Positions 62,760-64,000 of a stretch of DNA of 64,000 nt are shown piece after piece; position 1 is the stretch's first letter; every line of letters begins with the position of its first letter. Origin of the DNA: an uncultured Thermoleophilia bacterium (GTDB lineage: Bacteria > Actinomycetota > Thermoleophilia > UBA2241); the NCBI GenBank assembly GCA_963702475.1, contig CAVPCT010000009.1:256001-320000 (forward strand), read 5' to 3'. The translations under genes were made by a program, and so were the position numbers. The notes beneath the pieces were generated by a model. It saw nothing but the letters and a program-made list of their open reading frames with translations, had not been told where the DNA came from and did no database searches.

Positions 62760-64000
62760 ATGGCACAGAACGACTACCTTGAAGGGTACTCAGAGGAGTA
62801 CAAGGCATCCCGGATGAACACGAACATGCGCCGCGACCTGAGCTGGGTCGGCGCTTTCTTCGTCGCCGCCGGAGTGCCCGCGCTGGTCCTCTTCCAGATG
62901 GGCGGCGTCTCCGGCATGACCGGGGCGGTTGCAGCGCTCGTCTGGACGATCTCGGTCCTCATCGGCTTCGTCGACGCGTTCACCTACGCGGAGATCGCCG
63001 GGCTGCACCCCAAGAAGTCAGGCGGCACGGCCGTCCACGGCGCCACCGCCTGGATCCGCTACATCCGCCCGACGGCGGCCATCTCGCTGTGGTGCAACTG
63101 GCTGGCGTGGACACCGGTGCTCGCCATCGGCGCCGGCCTCGGGGCCTCGTATCTTCTGTCCATCTTCTACGCACCCGACTCCACGATCATGACGTGGCAG
63201 TGGACCATTGCCGACCTGGGCTTCCTCAAGGACGGCCTCACGCTGCGTATCAACGCCGTGTTCATCGTCGGCGCCGTCATCATCCTGGCCGTCTGGAACA
63301 TCCAGCACTACGGCATCCTGCGCACCGCGCGCGTACAGACGATCCTCACCATCGGCGCCGTCACGCCGCTGCTGGTGCTCTCGATCGTGCCGCTGGTCAC
63401 CGGCGACGTCGTGATGAGCAACTTCTCGCCCTTCACGCCCGTCAACGGCGCCTGGGACATCACCGGCTGGGAGTTCTTCCTCGGGGCCCTCTTCATCTGC
63501 GCCTGGACGACCTACGCCTTCGAGACCGCCGTCTGCTACATGAGTGAGTTCAAGAACCCGGCGAAGGACATGTCGAAGGCGATCATCATCTCCGGCCTGT
63601 TCTGCATCCTGTGCTTCACGCTCATCCCGTTCGTGTTCCAGGGTGTGCTCGGCACCGAGTACATGCTGCAGGCCGACGTGATCTCCGGTGCGGCGGTGCC
63701 CCAGGCCTGGGCCGACGTCGTGAGCGCCGGCAGCTTCCTGACCAACGTCATCATCGTGCTCCTGTTCTTCACGGTGGTCGTCGCGATCATGACGGCCATG
63801 TCCGGCTCGTCGCGCACGCTGTTCCAAGGCGGGCAGGACGGCTGGCTGCCCAAGTACCTGTCGCACCTGAACAACCACAAGGTGCCCACGTACGCCATGT
63901 GGACCGACCTCGGCGTCAACCTCGTGCTGCTGCTCATGTCGGACTACCTGTTCGTGCTGGCGGTGTCCAACTGCAACTACATGATCTTCAACTTCCTGAA
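62760..64000 (+). CDS. APC family permease, probable methylamine transporter (MtbP-like); runs off the window end
   Basis: Absent from the ORF track (no stop); read by hand: MAQND..RDLSWVGAFFVAAGVPALVLF, YAEIAGLHPKKSGG, WCNWLAWTPVL, YAFETAVCYMSEF. Confidence 0.85.
   Translation, partial: MAQNDYLEGYSEEYKASRMNTNMRRDLSWVGAFFVAAGVPALVLFQMGGVSGMTGAVAALVWTISVLIGFVDAFTYAEIAGLHPKKSGGTAVHGATAWIRYIRPTAAISLWCNWLAWTPVLAIGAGLGASYLLSIFYAPDSTIMTWQWTIADLGFLKDGLTLRINAVFIVGAVIILAVWNIQHYGILRTARVQTILTIGAVTPLLVLSIVPLVTGDVVMSNFSPFTPVNGAWDITGWEFFLGALFICAWTTYAFETAVCYMSEFKNPAKDMSKAIIISGLFCILCFTLIPFVFQGVLGTEYMLQADVISGAAVPQAWADVVSAGSFLTNVIIVLLFFTVVVAIMTAMSGSSRTLFQGGQDGWLPKYLSHLNNHKVPTYAMWTDLGVNLVLLLMSDYLFVLAVSNCNYMIFNFL

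Noticed and set aside
40470-64000. tRNA-Pyl or other tRNA in the island intergenic regions
   Set aside because: No CTCTAAA-type anticodon loop or cloverleaf seen by eye on either strand; ARAGORN/Infernal should confirm
40470-64000. The island as a mobile element
   Set aside because: No integrase, transposase, att repeat or tRNA target seen; codon style resembles the housekeeping part

Overview
High-GC bacterial DNA, most likely Actinomycetota: the pyr/car-mihF-gmk-rpoZ-coaBC order is diagnostic, and a deep-branching class such as Thermoleophilia is my inference. Bases 1-40.5 kb are housekeeping: the pyr operon with a PyrR attenuator, mihF-gmk-rpoZ-coaBC, lemA/htpX, rimP-nusA-infB-rbfA-truB-ribF-rpsO-pnp, dapBA, rnj, ftsK, rodZ, yajQ, rimO, pgsA, cinA, thpR and recA/recX. 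pyrC and ftsK each carry a +1 frameshift. Bases 40.5-64 kb form a methylamine-utilisation island. It holds full-length mono-, di- and trimethylamine methyltransferase genes (mtmB, mtbB, mttB). Each is split in the ORF track by one in-frame TAG at the pyrrolysine position and is followed by a corrinoid protein. The island also has three APC permeases, an SSS symporter, small membrane proteins, two USPs, a PAS-only protein and a NarL-type two-component system with candidate 7-2-7 sites. All three amber codons sit in the identical context GGG TTG TAG, can pair with downstream sequence and are followed by patches of atypical codons. TAG remains a normal stop in 7 of 41 housekeeping genes but ends none of the 23 complete island genes. 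This points to context-dependent amber (Pyl) recoding. No pylTSBCD genes were found in the window, so Pyl insertion is inferred, not shown.
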